42,705 nucleotides of DNA, taken from NCBI GenBank assembly GCA_018335615.1, contig JAGXRS010000463.1, positions 1 to 42,705 of the forward strand, read 5' to 3'. The notes beneath the pieces are model-generated. The model made no database searches. It was not told the origin of the DNA and saw only the letters and a list, made by a program, of their open reading frames with translations. Both the position numbers and the translations under genes were made by a program. Origin of the DNA: Hydrogenophaga sp. (lineage in GTDB: Bacteria > Pseudomonadota > Gammaproteobacteria > Burkholderiales > Burkholderiaceae_C). Below, piece by piece: positions 18,167-27,553 of this stretch; within the stretch, counting starts at the first letter, position 1; each line of letters begins with the position of its first letter.

Positions 18167-18270
18167 CAAGTCTGCATGCGGTTCAGGGAGGAAGAAACCG
18201 CGCCGGCGATCAGGGAGGAAAACCGCGCGGCCTGATGTGCAGCTCGGCCACTTTAGCCGGATTTTTCGAC

Positions 18271-21200
18271 TTATCCGATGCGAGCGGCCCGCCGTGGGCG
18301 CTGCTCGATCTGCTGTTGCTTTTTCTCGACGTGCTTCTGCTCCTGGTGCTGCTGCTCGTCGCGCTGCACCTGGCTGATGGCCGCGCCGATCTGCCGCTTC
18401 ACGCCCTCGATGCCCAGCTCGCTCTTGTGCGCCAAGTCGTTGAAGTCGGTGTGCTGCTTCATCGTGGACAGCGCCGCGATCTGCGCGCCGCTCAACATCG
18501 ACGCCTTGAGCTTGGCCGCCTCGTCGCCGGCCAGCTCGACCTTGCCGGCGGCGGCGTCGGCAAGGCGCTGCTCGGCGCGCAGGTGGGTCTTGAAGCTGTC
18601 GGGCGTGATGGCGGGCAAGTCGCGCGGGTAGGTGTTCTCGGCCGGCGCGAAGATCGGGAAGATCGCCTTGCCGCCCACGGCCTGGGCGGCCGCCTCGGCC
18701 TTCTCCCGGCCGGGGTTGTTGCCGTGGGTCATGACCAGGTGCCGGTCGTCGTCGCCGGCGATGATGATCGGCTTGTCCGGGAACTTGGCGTGCAGCGCCT
18801 TCGCCACGGCCTCAAGGTTGCCGCTGTCGAAGGCGGCGACCGTGGCGTGGCCCACGGCCTCGGCCACCTGGGCCGCCGTGGCGTAGCCCTCCGAGATCAC
18901 CAGCGCCGGCGCGGCCGCCAGGGCGTCCATGCCGCCGACCGGGTGGAAGCATCCTTCCTTCTTCGAGTCCTTGGCGAACCGCTTAGTGCCGTCCTCCTGG
19001 ATGTATTGCATCGTCCATTGCTTGCCCTCTGCGTCGAAGGCCGGGATGTAGGTCTTCTGGCCTTCGCGGTCGGTCATCACGCCGGCCTGCGCCTGGATGC
19101 CTTTGGCTTGCAGGTAGGGCGTCGGCTGCTCGATGGGCACGAGGTCGGCCATCTGCCGACCGACGCGCTGCGCGGTGGCCTCCTGGGCCTTGTCCTGCTC
19201 GACGGCTCGCTGTGCCAGCTTCTCGGCCGCCTCGGCCTGGAGCTTGGCCTTCTCCTGGTCGCTCAAGGCGTAGCCCTTGCTCTTCCAGGTAATGTCCGTG
19301 CCGGTCTTGTTGTTGATGATCCGCCCGGCCGGGTGCCCGTCCAGGTGGCCCACGTAGAAGCCATCGAGCGCGCCCTTCTTGCCGCCCTCGACCGGCACGC
19401 GGTGCCGCTTGCCATCCATGATCGGGTGATCGCCCTGGGCGTTGCTGCCGGTGAACAGGCCGGCGCTGCGCATGGCCTCGGCGAACTCTTCCCTTGGCGT
19501 CATCGCTGGCCCTTGCTGGGCCTGCACGTTCTCGGGCTTCCAGCGTTCGAGCTTCGCCGCGTCGGCGCGCGGGCCGACATACCAGGACTTCGCGGCCTTG
19601 TCCCAAAGCGCGCCGGCGGCCTTGGCCGCGTTGCGCTGCTCGTAGGGCACGGCCAGGTACTGGCGGGCCTGCTGGGCCTGCTGCGCGGGCTTCTGCGCCT
19701 CGCCCTGGGCTTCGGGTGCCGGCTGGGCCGAACGCGGCTCTACGGCCGCTGTAGCGGCTCCCTGCGCCCATTTGGCGAAGGGAGCGGCATCGGTGCCCGG
19801 CGGCACGTACCAGGACTGTTGCTGCCGATCCCAACGCGCCCCGAGGCTCTTGGCCTCGTCCTTCTCCTTGTACGGCACGTTGATGTACTGCCGTTCGGGC
19901 TTCTCGGCCTGCGGCTGCGCCTGCTGCCGCTCGCGTTCCTGGCGCTCCAGCTCGGCCGCGCGGCGCGGCGCGTCGCTGTCGTTGAGCATGGCCGACGCCT
20001 CGGCGGTCTTGCGTGCCTCTTTAGCGGCTGAAATGTCCTCTTCGGTCGCGTTGGGGTCGCGCCGTACACGCTCTTCCTGCACGCGGGCCAGCTTGGCGGC
20101 GCGCTCGTGCTGGTTGTCGGTGCCCAGCGCATCGACCAGGTGCAGGCGCTCGGTCAGAGCCTCGGCCTGGCCCTCGGTGCGGGTGCCGGCGACGAAGGCA
20201 AAGGCGTCCTCGCCGAACTGCGCATCGGCCTTGCGCGCGTAGACCTGGAACGCCTGCGGCTCGATGCCGGCCTGGGCGGCATCGACGGTCTGGCCGTCCT
20301 GCTCGGCCACGCCGACGATGCGCAGCTCTCCGCTCCAGTCGGGCGGCAGCTCAACGCCAAGGTGTTGACGGGTCGCGTCGGCGAACGCCTGGCCGTCGAT
20401 CTCGCCGGCGGCGAGCTGCCGGCGCGCGGCGGCGGCCTGCTCGATGCCCTGCACCGCGTCGGCAGGATGGGCGGCCAGCAGGGCGGCCGCCTGGTCGTTG
20501 GTCGGTGGGGTCATGTTCGCCTCCTGGTCTGCGACGGCCGCTTGCTGCTGGGTCAGCGCCGGCAGGGCCATCAACTGGTCGGGCGCGTAGTTGTTCAGCT
20601 CGTCCAGGCTGCGAACCTGGTGGGGTTCACCGTCCTGGTCGTGGAACGCAAAGATGCGCTGGCCGTCGCTCCACCTGGCTTCGGCGTCGATGCTCGACAC
20701 GATCTGTTCGCCGTGCTGCTGGAGCTGCTGCGCGAGGTGGAGCTGTTCGGCCATGTTGGCGAACTCTTGCGCCAAGCCCTTGCGCTCCAGGTAGGCGTTG
20801 TCGGTGTCGGTGTGGCTCGGGTCGATGCCGAACACCGGCGACAGCCGGTCATGCGCGACCGCGTAGAACTGCTCGGGATCGGTGCCGGTGATGCTGCCCA
20901 CGGTTTCGAGGCCACGGCTGCGCAAGGCGTCTTCCAGGGTGTCGCCCTGGAATGCCTGGTAGTGGCTGAAAGACACGTCCGGGTTGTCCAGGACTTCGGC
21001 AATGTCCACGGCCAGGGCCTGGGCCACGGCTTCGTCCTGGGCCTGGCTCTGCTGCTGGTCTTGCTCCTGAACCTGCTTCTGCTCGAAGGCCAGCACGTAG
21101 TCGTGAATCTTCTCGGCATCGGCGGCCGCGCGGAACACCTCCAGCGGCTCGTCTTGCAGCGCCTTGATCCACGAACCCACATAGGCGGCGTGCTGGCCCG

Positions 21201-22617
21201 GATCGTGGCCGATGCCCAGCTCGTCGCCGACGATCATGGAAGCGATTTCGGCGCGCAGCTCTTCCTTGGCGTACCCCTCGCTCCCGAACGGGTGCGCCAG
21301 GTCGCGGTCAAGGCGCGAAGCGTGGCCCGTCCAGTGGCCCAGCTCGTGCAGCGCGGTCGCGTAGTAGCGGTCGGAGCTGGGGAACTGGCCGCGCTCCGGC
21401 AGGGTGATGCTGTCGGTCGAAGGGCGGTAGAACGCCCGATCACCGGCGGCGTGGGTGATCGTCGCGCCCGAGGCTTTCAGGATGTGCTCGGCGCGCTCGA
21501 CGGCGTTCCAAGTCTGTTCCTTCTTCGGCTGGAGCGGCGGCAGGCCGTCGATCTGCTCGCCGTTGAACACGGTCGCAAAGAACACGCGCGGCCGCTCCAG
21601 CATGACGGTTTCCTTGACCGGCTGGCCCTTCGCATCGAGGACGGGCCGGCCGCTGTCGTCCAGCTTGTCTTGCTCTTCGCTGAACTTCCAGTATTGAACC
21701 GGCGTGCCTTTCTCGCCCTTGCGAACCTGCGCGCCCACGGCGGCGGCCTGCTTGTAGGTCATCCAGCGCGCATCGCTGCGGCCCTGGGCCATCAGGTGGA
21801 TGGCGTTGATCCCTTTGTACCGCTTGCCGGTGGTCGGGTTCATCGGCAGGTAGGCGTTGGGTTCGCCCGGCTCCCACGGCTTTTGCCACGGTGCGGTGCC
21901 GGCCTTGAGCTGCTCGATCAGCTTTTCGGCCACGACTTCGTGAAACGGCTTCTTCGGCTCCATGTTCTCGTCCCTTCGGAATAGCTCGTTGAACTGAGGG
22001 AAGTTCTGCTGTGTCCGGGAACGGTCGCGCAGGCCCTGGGCGACCATGCACACGATGTTGTGCAGGTCGTCGGCCTGCATGGGCCGCACGCGGGCGATGC
22101 AGGTTTCCGTGAATGACTGTTGGCCGCGCTGCTGCACCTGGTCGGCGACCTGGTGCTGGCTCGGCTCGATGCCCTCGCAGTGCAGGGCAAACACTTCCTC
22201 GGCGCGCACGTCCAGGGACTGGCCGGCATAGCGCCGGTTCACGTCATCCCATAGCGGCTTGAGGGTGGGTTCGTTGCGGGCGGCCGCCAGGCCGTCCAGC
22301 AAGGCGCGCTTCTCGCCCGGCGCGAAGGTGTTGGCCCCGTAGTGGCCTAGCACCTCGTGCCGCAGCGTCATCAGTAGGTCGCCGGCGCTCTCGACGTTCT
22401 GCAAGGGCACGTCCACGCGGCCACGGTAGGCGCGGCCGGCGTGCAGCGTCTCCTTGGGCACGTAGCCGCCCTTCATGTCGGCCGGCACCTCGGCCGCTCG
22501 CGGCCCGTACAGCTCGGCCGCGTCCTCGCGGAACTTGTAGGCCAGCTCCAGCGCGCCGGGGTAGTCGCGGACGAAAGCCCGCGTCACCCCTTGCGCCTCG
22601 GCTTTCGTGATCGGCAT
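18271..22617 (-). CDS. traC: TraC DNA primase (1448 aa); in-frame internal starts at 21963 (1230 aa) and 20514 (747 aa)
   Basis: C-terminal TOPRIM (EGYATA, AGDDD, TDFND); ArdC-like region (PWQKPW, YKGIN, HELGHWTG); RBS before the internal ATGs. Confidence 0.95.
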   Translation of the reverse strand: MPITKAEAQGVTRAFVRDYPGALELAYKFREDAAELYGPRAAEVPADMKGGYVPKETLHAGRAYRGRVDVPLQNVESAGDLLMTLRHEVLGHYGANTFAPGEKRALLDGLAAARNEPTLKPLWDDVNRRYAGQSLDVRAEEVFALHCEGIEPSQHQVADQVQQRGQQSFTETCIARVRPMQADDLHNIVCMVAQGLRDRSRTQQNFPQFNELFRRDENMEPKKPFHEVVAEKLIEQLKAGTAPWQKPWEPGEPNAYLPMNPTTGKRYKGINAIHLMAQGRSDARWMTYKQAAAVGAQVRKGEKGTPVQYWKFSEEQDKLDDSGRPVLDAKGQPVKETVMLERPRVFFATVFNGEQIDGLPPLQPKKEQTWNAVERAEHILKASGATITHAAGDRAFYRPSTDSITLPERGQFPSSDRYYATALHELGHWTGHASRLDRDLAHPFGSEGYAKEELRAEIASMIVGDELGIGHDPGQHAAYVGSWIKALQDEPLEVFRAAADAEKIHDYVLAFEQKQVQEQDQQQSQAQDEAVAQALAVDIAEVLDNPDVSFSHYQAFQGDTLEDALRSRGLETVGSITGTDPEQFYAVAHDRLSPVFGIDPSHTDTDNAYLERKGLAQEFANMAEQLHLAQQLQQHGEQIVSSIDAEARWSDGQRIFAFHDQDGEPHQVRSLDELNNYAPDQLMALPALTQQQAAVADQEANMTPPTNDQAAALLAAHPADAVQGIEQAAAARRQLAAGEIDGQAFADATRQHLGVELPPDWSGELRIVGVAEQDGQTVDAAQAGIEPQAFQVYARKADAQFGEDAFAFVAGTRTEGQAEALTERLHLVDALGTDNQHERAAKLARVQEERVRRDPNATEEDISAAKEARKTAEASAMLNDSDAPRRAAELERQERERQQAQPQAEKPERQYINVPYKEKDEAKSLGARWDRQQQSWYVPPGTDAAPFAKWAQGAATAAVEPRSAQPAPEAQGEAQKPAQQAQQARQYLAVPYEQRNAAKAAGALWDKAAKSWYVGPRADAAKLERWKPENVQAQQGPAMTPREEFAEAMRSAGLFTGSNAQGDHPIMDGKRHRVPVEGGKKGALDGFYVGHLDGHPAGRIINNKTGTDITWKSKGYALSDQEKAKLQAEAAEKLAQRAVEQDKAQEATAQRVGRQMADLVPIEQPTPYLQAKGIQAQAGVMTDREGQKTYIPAFDAEGKQWTMQYIQEDGTKRFAKDSKKEGCFHPVGGMDALAAAPALVISEGYATAAQVAEAVGHATVAAFDSGNLEAVAKALHAKFPDKPIIIAGDDDRHLVMTHGNNPGREKAEAAAQAVGGKAIFPIFAPAENTYPRDLPAITPDSFKTHLRAEQRLADAAAGKVELAGDEAAKLKASMLSGAQIAALSTMKQHTDFNDLAHKSELGIEGVKRQIGAAISQVQRDEQQHQEQKHVEKKQQQIEQRPRRAARIG

Positions 22618-22620
22618 GGG

Positions 22621-23010
22621 TCAGCCCTCCGACGCCTTGCGCGCGGCGGCCTGGGCAACCGTCTCGCCGGGCCGCAGGTCGTACAGCTCGCGGGCGTTCG
22701 TGGTGGTGATGAACGGCGGGATGTCGGCGCTCGGGCCTTCGTCGTCCAGGAATGCCGGCTCCAGCGCGCCATCGACTTCCACCAGGTCGTCGCCGCTCGC
22801 GGCGGCGTCCTGCTCGGACAGCGCGTCCTCCACGAACGCGCCCACGCGCTCGGCTTCGTCGGGGTCGAACTCGACCTGGAAGCCGGGCGTCAGCGCGTCG
22901 GCCATCTTCTCGCGCACGGCCTCGCGGCCGGCGGCGTCGTCGTCAACCGGCGGCAGGACGGCCAGCGGCTCGTCGTGGGCGGCGGTGTTGGTGGTGGTTT
23001 GCTCGTTCAT
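22621..23010 (-). CDS. traD: TraD acidic protein
   Basis: [20 protein letters not shown]; between traE and traC. Confidence 0.85.
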   Translation of the reverse strand: MNEQTTTNTAAHDEPLAVLPPVDDDAAGREAVREKMADALTPGFQVEFDPDEAERVGAFVEDALSEQDAAASGDDLVEVDGALEPAFLDDEGPSADIPPFITTTNARELYDLRPGETVAQAAARKASEG

Positions 23011-23031
23011 GGTCGATCTCCTTCGCTGTGG

Positions 23032-25095
23032 TCATTCGGATGCCGGGCCGTTGCGGCCCTTGCTGTAGTCGGGCCGACCCTTGAGGTCGGGGTAGGTCTG
23101 CTTGCATGTGGGGAAGTTGCTGCAACCCCACCAGAATTGCCCCTTCTTCTTGCTCGGCCGGCGCGACAAGCCGCTGCCGCAGGCCATGCACTTGTGAAGG
23201 GATGACACCGGCGCGGCTTCCTTGCCGCCGGCGATGGTCACGGCTCCGCTGTTGGCCTTCGCCACCTGGTCGCGGATGAACGTCTCTTGCTTCGTGATGA
23301 AGGCGTCCAGGGCGGCCGTGCCCTGCTCGACGCCTTTCAGCATCCGCTCGTAGAGCGCGGTCAGCACCGGGCTTTTCACAACCTCGGGCAGCGCGTCGAT
23401 GACGCTGCGGCCGAGGGTCGTGCTGATGATCTGCTTGCCTTTGACGGCCAGGAACTCGCGCCGCTTCAACTCGGAAATGATCGACGCACGGGTGGCCGAC
23501 GTGCCGATGCCGTCGCCCTCGCGCAGCATCTTCTTGTGCTCGGCATCGCTGACGAACTTGTGGATGTTCTCCATCGCGCGGATCAGCGTGCCCTCGGTAA
23601 AGCGCGCTGGCGGCTTCGTCTTGGCGTCCTTGCGGGTGGCGTCCGTGCAGGTCACGGCGTCGCCCTGGGCCATCGACGGCAGGGCCTGCGTGCCGCTGTC
23701 GTCGTCCTCGTCCTTCTCGCCTTCCTCGTCGGCCTGGCTGTACACGTCACGCCAGCCGTTGCGCGTGACTACCTTGCCGCTCGCGGCGAAGTTCTCGCCC
23801 GCGATCTCGACGCCCACGGTGGTCTGCATGTACTCGTGCAGCGGGTAGAACTGCGCCAGGTAGGCGCGCACGATCAGGTCGTAGATGTTGCGCTCGCGCT
23901 CGCTGAGGGCGGCCTTGCTGCCCTTCTGCATGGTCGGCACGATGCCGTGGTGCGCGGTGATCTTCGAGTCGTCCCACGTCTTGGACTTGATACGCGGATC
24001 GGCACCATCGACCAGGCCGGCCAGTTCGGGGTTGACGTGCTTGATCGCCTCCAGCACGCGCGGCGCGTCGGCGTGCTGCGACTCCGGCAGGTAGGCGCAG
24101 TCGGTGCGCGGGTACGAGGTCAGCTTGTGCGTCTCGTAGAGCGCCTGGCAGGTGTTCAGCACGTCCTCGGCGCTGTAGCCGAACTTGGCCGAGGCCAGTG
24201 CCGTAATGTCGGACAGGGCGAAGGCCAGCGGCTGGTTCTGCTTCTTGGCCTCCTGTTTGTACGCGGCGATGGTGCCCGGCTGGCCCTTGACGGCGGCCAC
24301 CAGGGCGTCGGCGACGGCGGTATCGACAAGGCGGCCTTCGCTGTCCAGACCGGCTTGATCCTCCTTCGCCTTCCATGCGGCGGCGAAGCTGCCGCCGGCG
24401 TGCTGCACCACCGCCCGGATGGTGTGGTACGGCACGGCCTTGAATGCCTCGATCTCGCGGTCGCGGGCGACCACGAGGGCCAGCGTCGGCGTCTGCACGC
24501 GGCCCACGGTCAGCAGGGCGCGCGAGCCGCCGCGCTGCGCGCGCAGCGTGTACGCGCGGCTGAGGTTCATGCCGATCAGCCAGTCGGCGCGCTGCCGCCC
24601 GCGTGCAGCGTCGGCCCAGCCTGCATAGGTGGTGTTCTCCTTCAACGCGGCCAGGCCGCGCTTGACGGAAACGGAGTCCTGCGCGCTCACCCAAAAGCGG
24701 CGCACCGGCTTGCTGTTGCGGAAGTGCTCCAGCACTTCGTCAACCAGCAACTGGCCTTCGCGGTCGGGGTCGCCGGCGTTGACGATCTCCTTGGCCTCCT
24801 TGAGCAGCTTGCCGATCACGGCGAGCTGCTTCTTCGCGTCGTCCTTGGGCTTGAGAATCCAGCTCTCGGGGATGATGGGCAGCTCATCGACGCGCCAGAC
24901 CTTCTTGCCGGACTGGCCGCGCGGCACGTCATCGGGCGTGTACTCGTCGGGGTCGGCCTGTTCGAGCATGTGCCCGAAGCACCAGGTCACTTTGTCGGTG
25001 CCGCACTCGATGAAGCCGTCGCCCTTGCCGGTCGCGCCCAGCTCGCCGGCGATGGCCTTGGCGACGGACGGCTTTTCTGCGATGAAAAGGCGCAT
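23032..25095 (-). CDS. traE: TraE type IA topoisomerase (TopB-like)
   Basis: IAEKPSVA, AGDPDREG, GRVQTP, SYPRTD, C-terminal Zn ribbon. Confidence 0.96.
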   Translation of the reverse strand: MRLFIAEKPSVAKAIAGELGATGKGDGFIECGTDKVTWCFGHMLEQADPDEYTPDDVPRGQSGKKVWRVDELPIIPESWILKPKDDAKKQLAVIGKLLKEAKEIVNAGDPDREGQLLVDEVLEHFRNSKPVRRFWVSAQDSVSVKRGLAALKENTTYAGWADAARGRQRADWLIGMNLSRAYTLRAQRGGSRALLTVGRVQTPTLALVVARDREIEAFKAVPYHTIRAVVQHAGGSFAAAWKAKEDQAGLDSEGRLVDTAVADALVAAVKGQPGTIAAYKQEAKKQNQPLAFALSDITALASAKFGYSAEDVLNTCQALYETHKLTSYPRTDCAYLPESQHADAPRVLEAIKHVNPELAGLVDGADPRIKSKTWDDSKITAHHGIVPTMQKGSKAALSERERNIYDLIVRAYLAQFYPLHEYMQTTVGVEIAGENFAASGKVVTRNGWRDVYSQADEEGEKDEDDDSGTQALPSMAQGDAVTCTDATRKDAKTKPPARFTEGTLIRAMENIHKFVSDAEHKKMLREGDGIGTSATRASIISELKRREFLAVKGKQIISTTLGRSVIDALPEVVKSPVLTALYERMLKGVEQGTAALDAFITKQETFIRDQVAKANSGAVTIAGGKEAAPVSSLHKCMACGSGLSRRPSKKKGQFWWGCSNFPTCKQTYPDLKGRPDYSKGRNGPASE

Positions 25096-25106
25096 GGTGT
25101 GTCTCC

Positions 25107-25643
25107 CTACCAGGTGATGACCGGACGGATCACGGTCTTGATTTGCGAACGATTGATCGGGCCGAAGTAGCGGCCGTCGAAGGATGTGGCGCTCACGTCC
25201 GACATAAGCAGCACCTCGGAATTGCCGAGCGTGTAGCTGTTGGACTGATAGCGCGGCAGCGGCCGACCGGCCTTGTCGGCCTTGATCGGCGCGCTGAGGG
25301 GCAGCAGCTCGCCGTTGACGCGCACGCCGTCATCGGCGACGGCGACGGCATCGTCTTTAGCGGCTAAAACGCGCTTCATCATGTAGCCGTAGCCGCCCTG
25401 GCAGAAGCCGGCCCCGATGTAGCCCCTCTCCTTGGCGTCATCGAACACGCCGAGCTGCGGCGGGCAGAAGAGGACGTAGGCCCCCTTCTCCACCGGCGCG
25501 CTGCTCGTCCAGTACAGGCCGACCGGAATGCTCTTGGTGGTGTTCACGCGGGCACCGGCGGCATAGCCGCCGGCGGCCAGCAGCAGGGCGGCCACGCCCG
25601 CGATGACGACGCCTGCCGCGATGCGTTTCAGGATGCGGCTCAT
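25107..25643 (-). CDS. traF: TraF pilin maturation peptidase (S26)
   Basis: NTTKSIPVGLY, MMKRV, SFDGRYFGP. Confidence 0.93.
   Translation of the reverse strand: MSRILKRIAAGVVIAGVAALLLAAGGYAAGARVNTTKSIPVGLYWTSSAPVEKGAYVLFCPPQLGVFDDAKERGYIGAGFCQGGYGYMMKRVLAAKDDAVAVADDGVRVNGELLPLSAPIKADKAGRPLPRYQSNSYTLGNSEVLLMSDVSATSFDGRYFGPINRSQIKTVIRPVITW
25356..25368. promoter_or_regulatory. KorB operator within traF
   Basis: TTTAGCGGCTAAA. Confidence 0.88.
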
Positions 25644-27553
25644 ATCGTGATGCCCTCCCCTTCCGTCTCGGCCTGTGCGACGGCGCGCAGGCGGTCGCTG
25701 ACCTTGGGCGCAGGGATCGCGGCGCGTGCCGAGAACACTGGGTCTTTGAAGTACAGGGGTTGCTTGCCGTAGATCGCCGGGTAGCCCGCGACGTAGATCA
25801 CCATGTCGCCGGCTTCTTCGATCTCGCCCTGGGCGTTCTTCTTTGGCCCCGGCATGCGCAGGCATTCGTCGGGCGTCAGCAAGGGCCGCTGCACTTCCTG
25901 GTAAGTGCGCGACACCTGGCCCAGCATCGCCGCCGTGCGGCGGCCGCTGGTCGTGATCTGCTCCTTCACCACGGTGGTCTGCCCGGTGAGGCGGGACAGG
26001 TGTTCGGCCGTCTCGACGCGGTTGGGCGGGTAGGCGTTCTGCACGTGGCAGTTCGACGTGATGCTTTCGTCGTGGCCGTAGCCCGTCTCGCGGCTCTTGA
26101 GCTGGTTAATGTCCTGGCAGATGAGGTAGCACTTGATGCCGTAGCCGGCCACGAAGGCCAGCGACTCTTGCATGATCTCCAGCTTCCCGAGGCTCGGGAA
26201 CTCGTCCAGCATCATCAAGAGCCGGTGCTTGTAGTGCGCCACCGGCCGGCCGCCCTCGAAGTCCATCTTGTCGGCCAGCAGGCGCACGATCATGTTCACC
26301 ATGACGCGCACCAGCGGCCGCAGGCGGGCCTTATCGTTGGGCTGGGTGACAATGTAGAGGCTTACCGGGTCGTCCTCGTGCATCAACTGCTTGATGCGGA
26401 AGTCCGACCGGCTGACGTTGCGGGCCACCACGGGGTCGCGGTACAGGGCCAGGTACGACTTGGCCGTGGACAGCACCGATCCGGCTTCTTCCTCGGGCCG
26501 ATCCATCATGTCGCGGGCCGCCGAGCCGATGGCGTGATGGTTCTGGCCGTCTACGTGCCCGTAGGTCGCCATTTCCATCCAAAGCTCGCCAATGTCCCGG
26601 TTCGGGTCGGCCAGCATCGCATCGACGGACGGCAGCGTGGCGGTGCCGCCATCGTCCTTGGCCTTGTACAGCGCGTGCAGGATCACGCCGACCAGGAGCG
26701 CGAAGGCGGTCTTCTGCCAGTGCGAGTCCAGGCCCTTGCCGTCCGGGTCAACGATCAGCGTGGCAAGGTTCTGCACGTCACCCACCTCGTATTCGGTGCC
26801 GAGGCGGATTTCGTCCAGCGGATTCCAGCAGACGCCGCCCGAGGTGCTGGCCGGCTCGAAGCGCAGCACCTTGTTCTTGGCGTGCTTCTGCCGCCAGCCG
26901 GCGGTCAAGGCCCACAACTCGCCCTTCAAGTCGGTGATGACGCTGCTCGCGCCCCACGACAGCAGCGTGGGCACCACCAGGCCGACGCCCTTGCCCGAGC
27001 GCGTGGGCGCGTAGGTCAGCACGTGCTCGGGGCCGCTGTGCCGCAGGTAGAAGAAATTGCCGTCCTTGTCCTGCCAGCCGCCCACGTACACGCCGGTAGC
27101 CGTGGGTGCGGCCTTGCCGGTGACGATCTCCAGGACGTTGCGCTCGCGTGGCAGCAGGCCGGCCGCCTGAATGTCCTTCTTCTCGGCCCAGCGGGCCGAG
27201 CCGTGCAGGTACTCGTTCGCCTTCGAGCTGTTGGACGTGACGACCTTCGCCACGGCCACGCCCAGCAGGCCCACGGTCGAAACCAGCATCCCCATGCTGC
27301 CGGCCTTCATGATCTCGTCCGGGTACTGGCTGTACCACTTGTACGTCCAGTGCAGGATCGACCAGGGCGCGTACACGTGGCCCACGTTGGGGCCGAGGGT
27401 CGCGTGATAGGCGAACGTGTGGGCGAAGAACTGCGTCGCGGCCTGGAGGCCGCCGACCATCGAGGCCGCGCCCAGCACCGGCAGCAGCTTGCTCGGCTTC
27501 GGTTTGGCGGTTCGGACTTGCGGCCCTACCGCGTTGTTCATCTTGATCTTCAT
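25640..27553 (-). CDS. traG: TraG type IV coupling protein
   Basis: HGSARWA, APTRSGKG, MLDEFPSLG. Confidence 0.96.
   Translation of the reverse strand: MKIKMNNAVGPQVRTAKPKPSKLLPVLGAASMVGGLQAATQFFAHTFAYHATLGPNVGHVYAPWSILHWTYKWYSQYPDEIMKAGSMGMLVSTVGLLGVAVAKVVTSNSSKANEYLHGSARWAEKKDIQAAGLLPRERNVLEIVTGKAAPTATGVYVGGWQDKDGNFFYLRHSGPEHVLTYAPTRSGKGVGLVVPTLLSWGASSVITDLKGELWALTAGWRQKHAKNKVLRFEPASTSGGVCWNPLDEIRLGTEYEVGDVQNLATLIVDPDGKGLDSHWQKTAFALLVGVILHALYKAKDDGGTATLPSVDAMLADPNRDIGELWMEMATYGHVDGQNHHAIGSAARDMMDRPEEEAGSVLSTAKSYLALYRDPVVARNVSRSDFRIKQLMHEDDPVSLYIVTQPNDKARLRPLVRVMVNMIVRLLADKMDFEGGRPVAHYKHRLLMMLDEFPSLGKLEIMQESLAFVAGYGIKCYLICQDINQLKSRETGYGHDESITSNCHVQNAYPPNRVETAEHLSRLTGQTTVVKEQITTSGRRTAAMLGQVSRTYQEVQRPLLTPDECLRMPGPKKNAQGEIEEAGDMVIYVAGYPAIYGKQPLYFKDPVFSARAAIPAPKVSDRLRAVAQAETEGEGITI

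Noticed and set aside
17800-21984. Long + strand ORFs (743 aa, 625 aa) opposite traC
   Set aside because: Antisense shadows of a GC-rich gene; no motifs or RBS. The same applies to 23287-25170, 25760-27895, 28393-29862 and 5360-7003.
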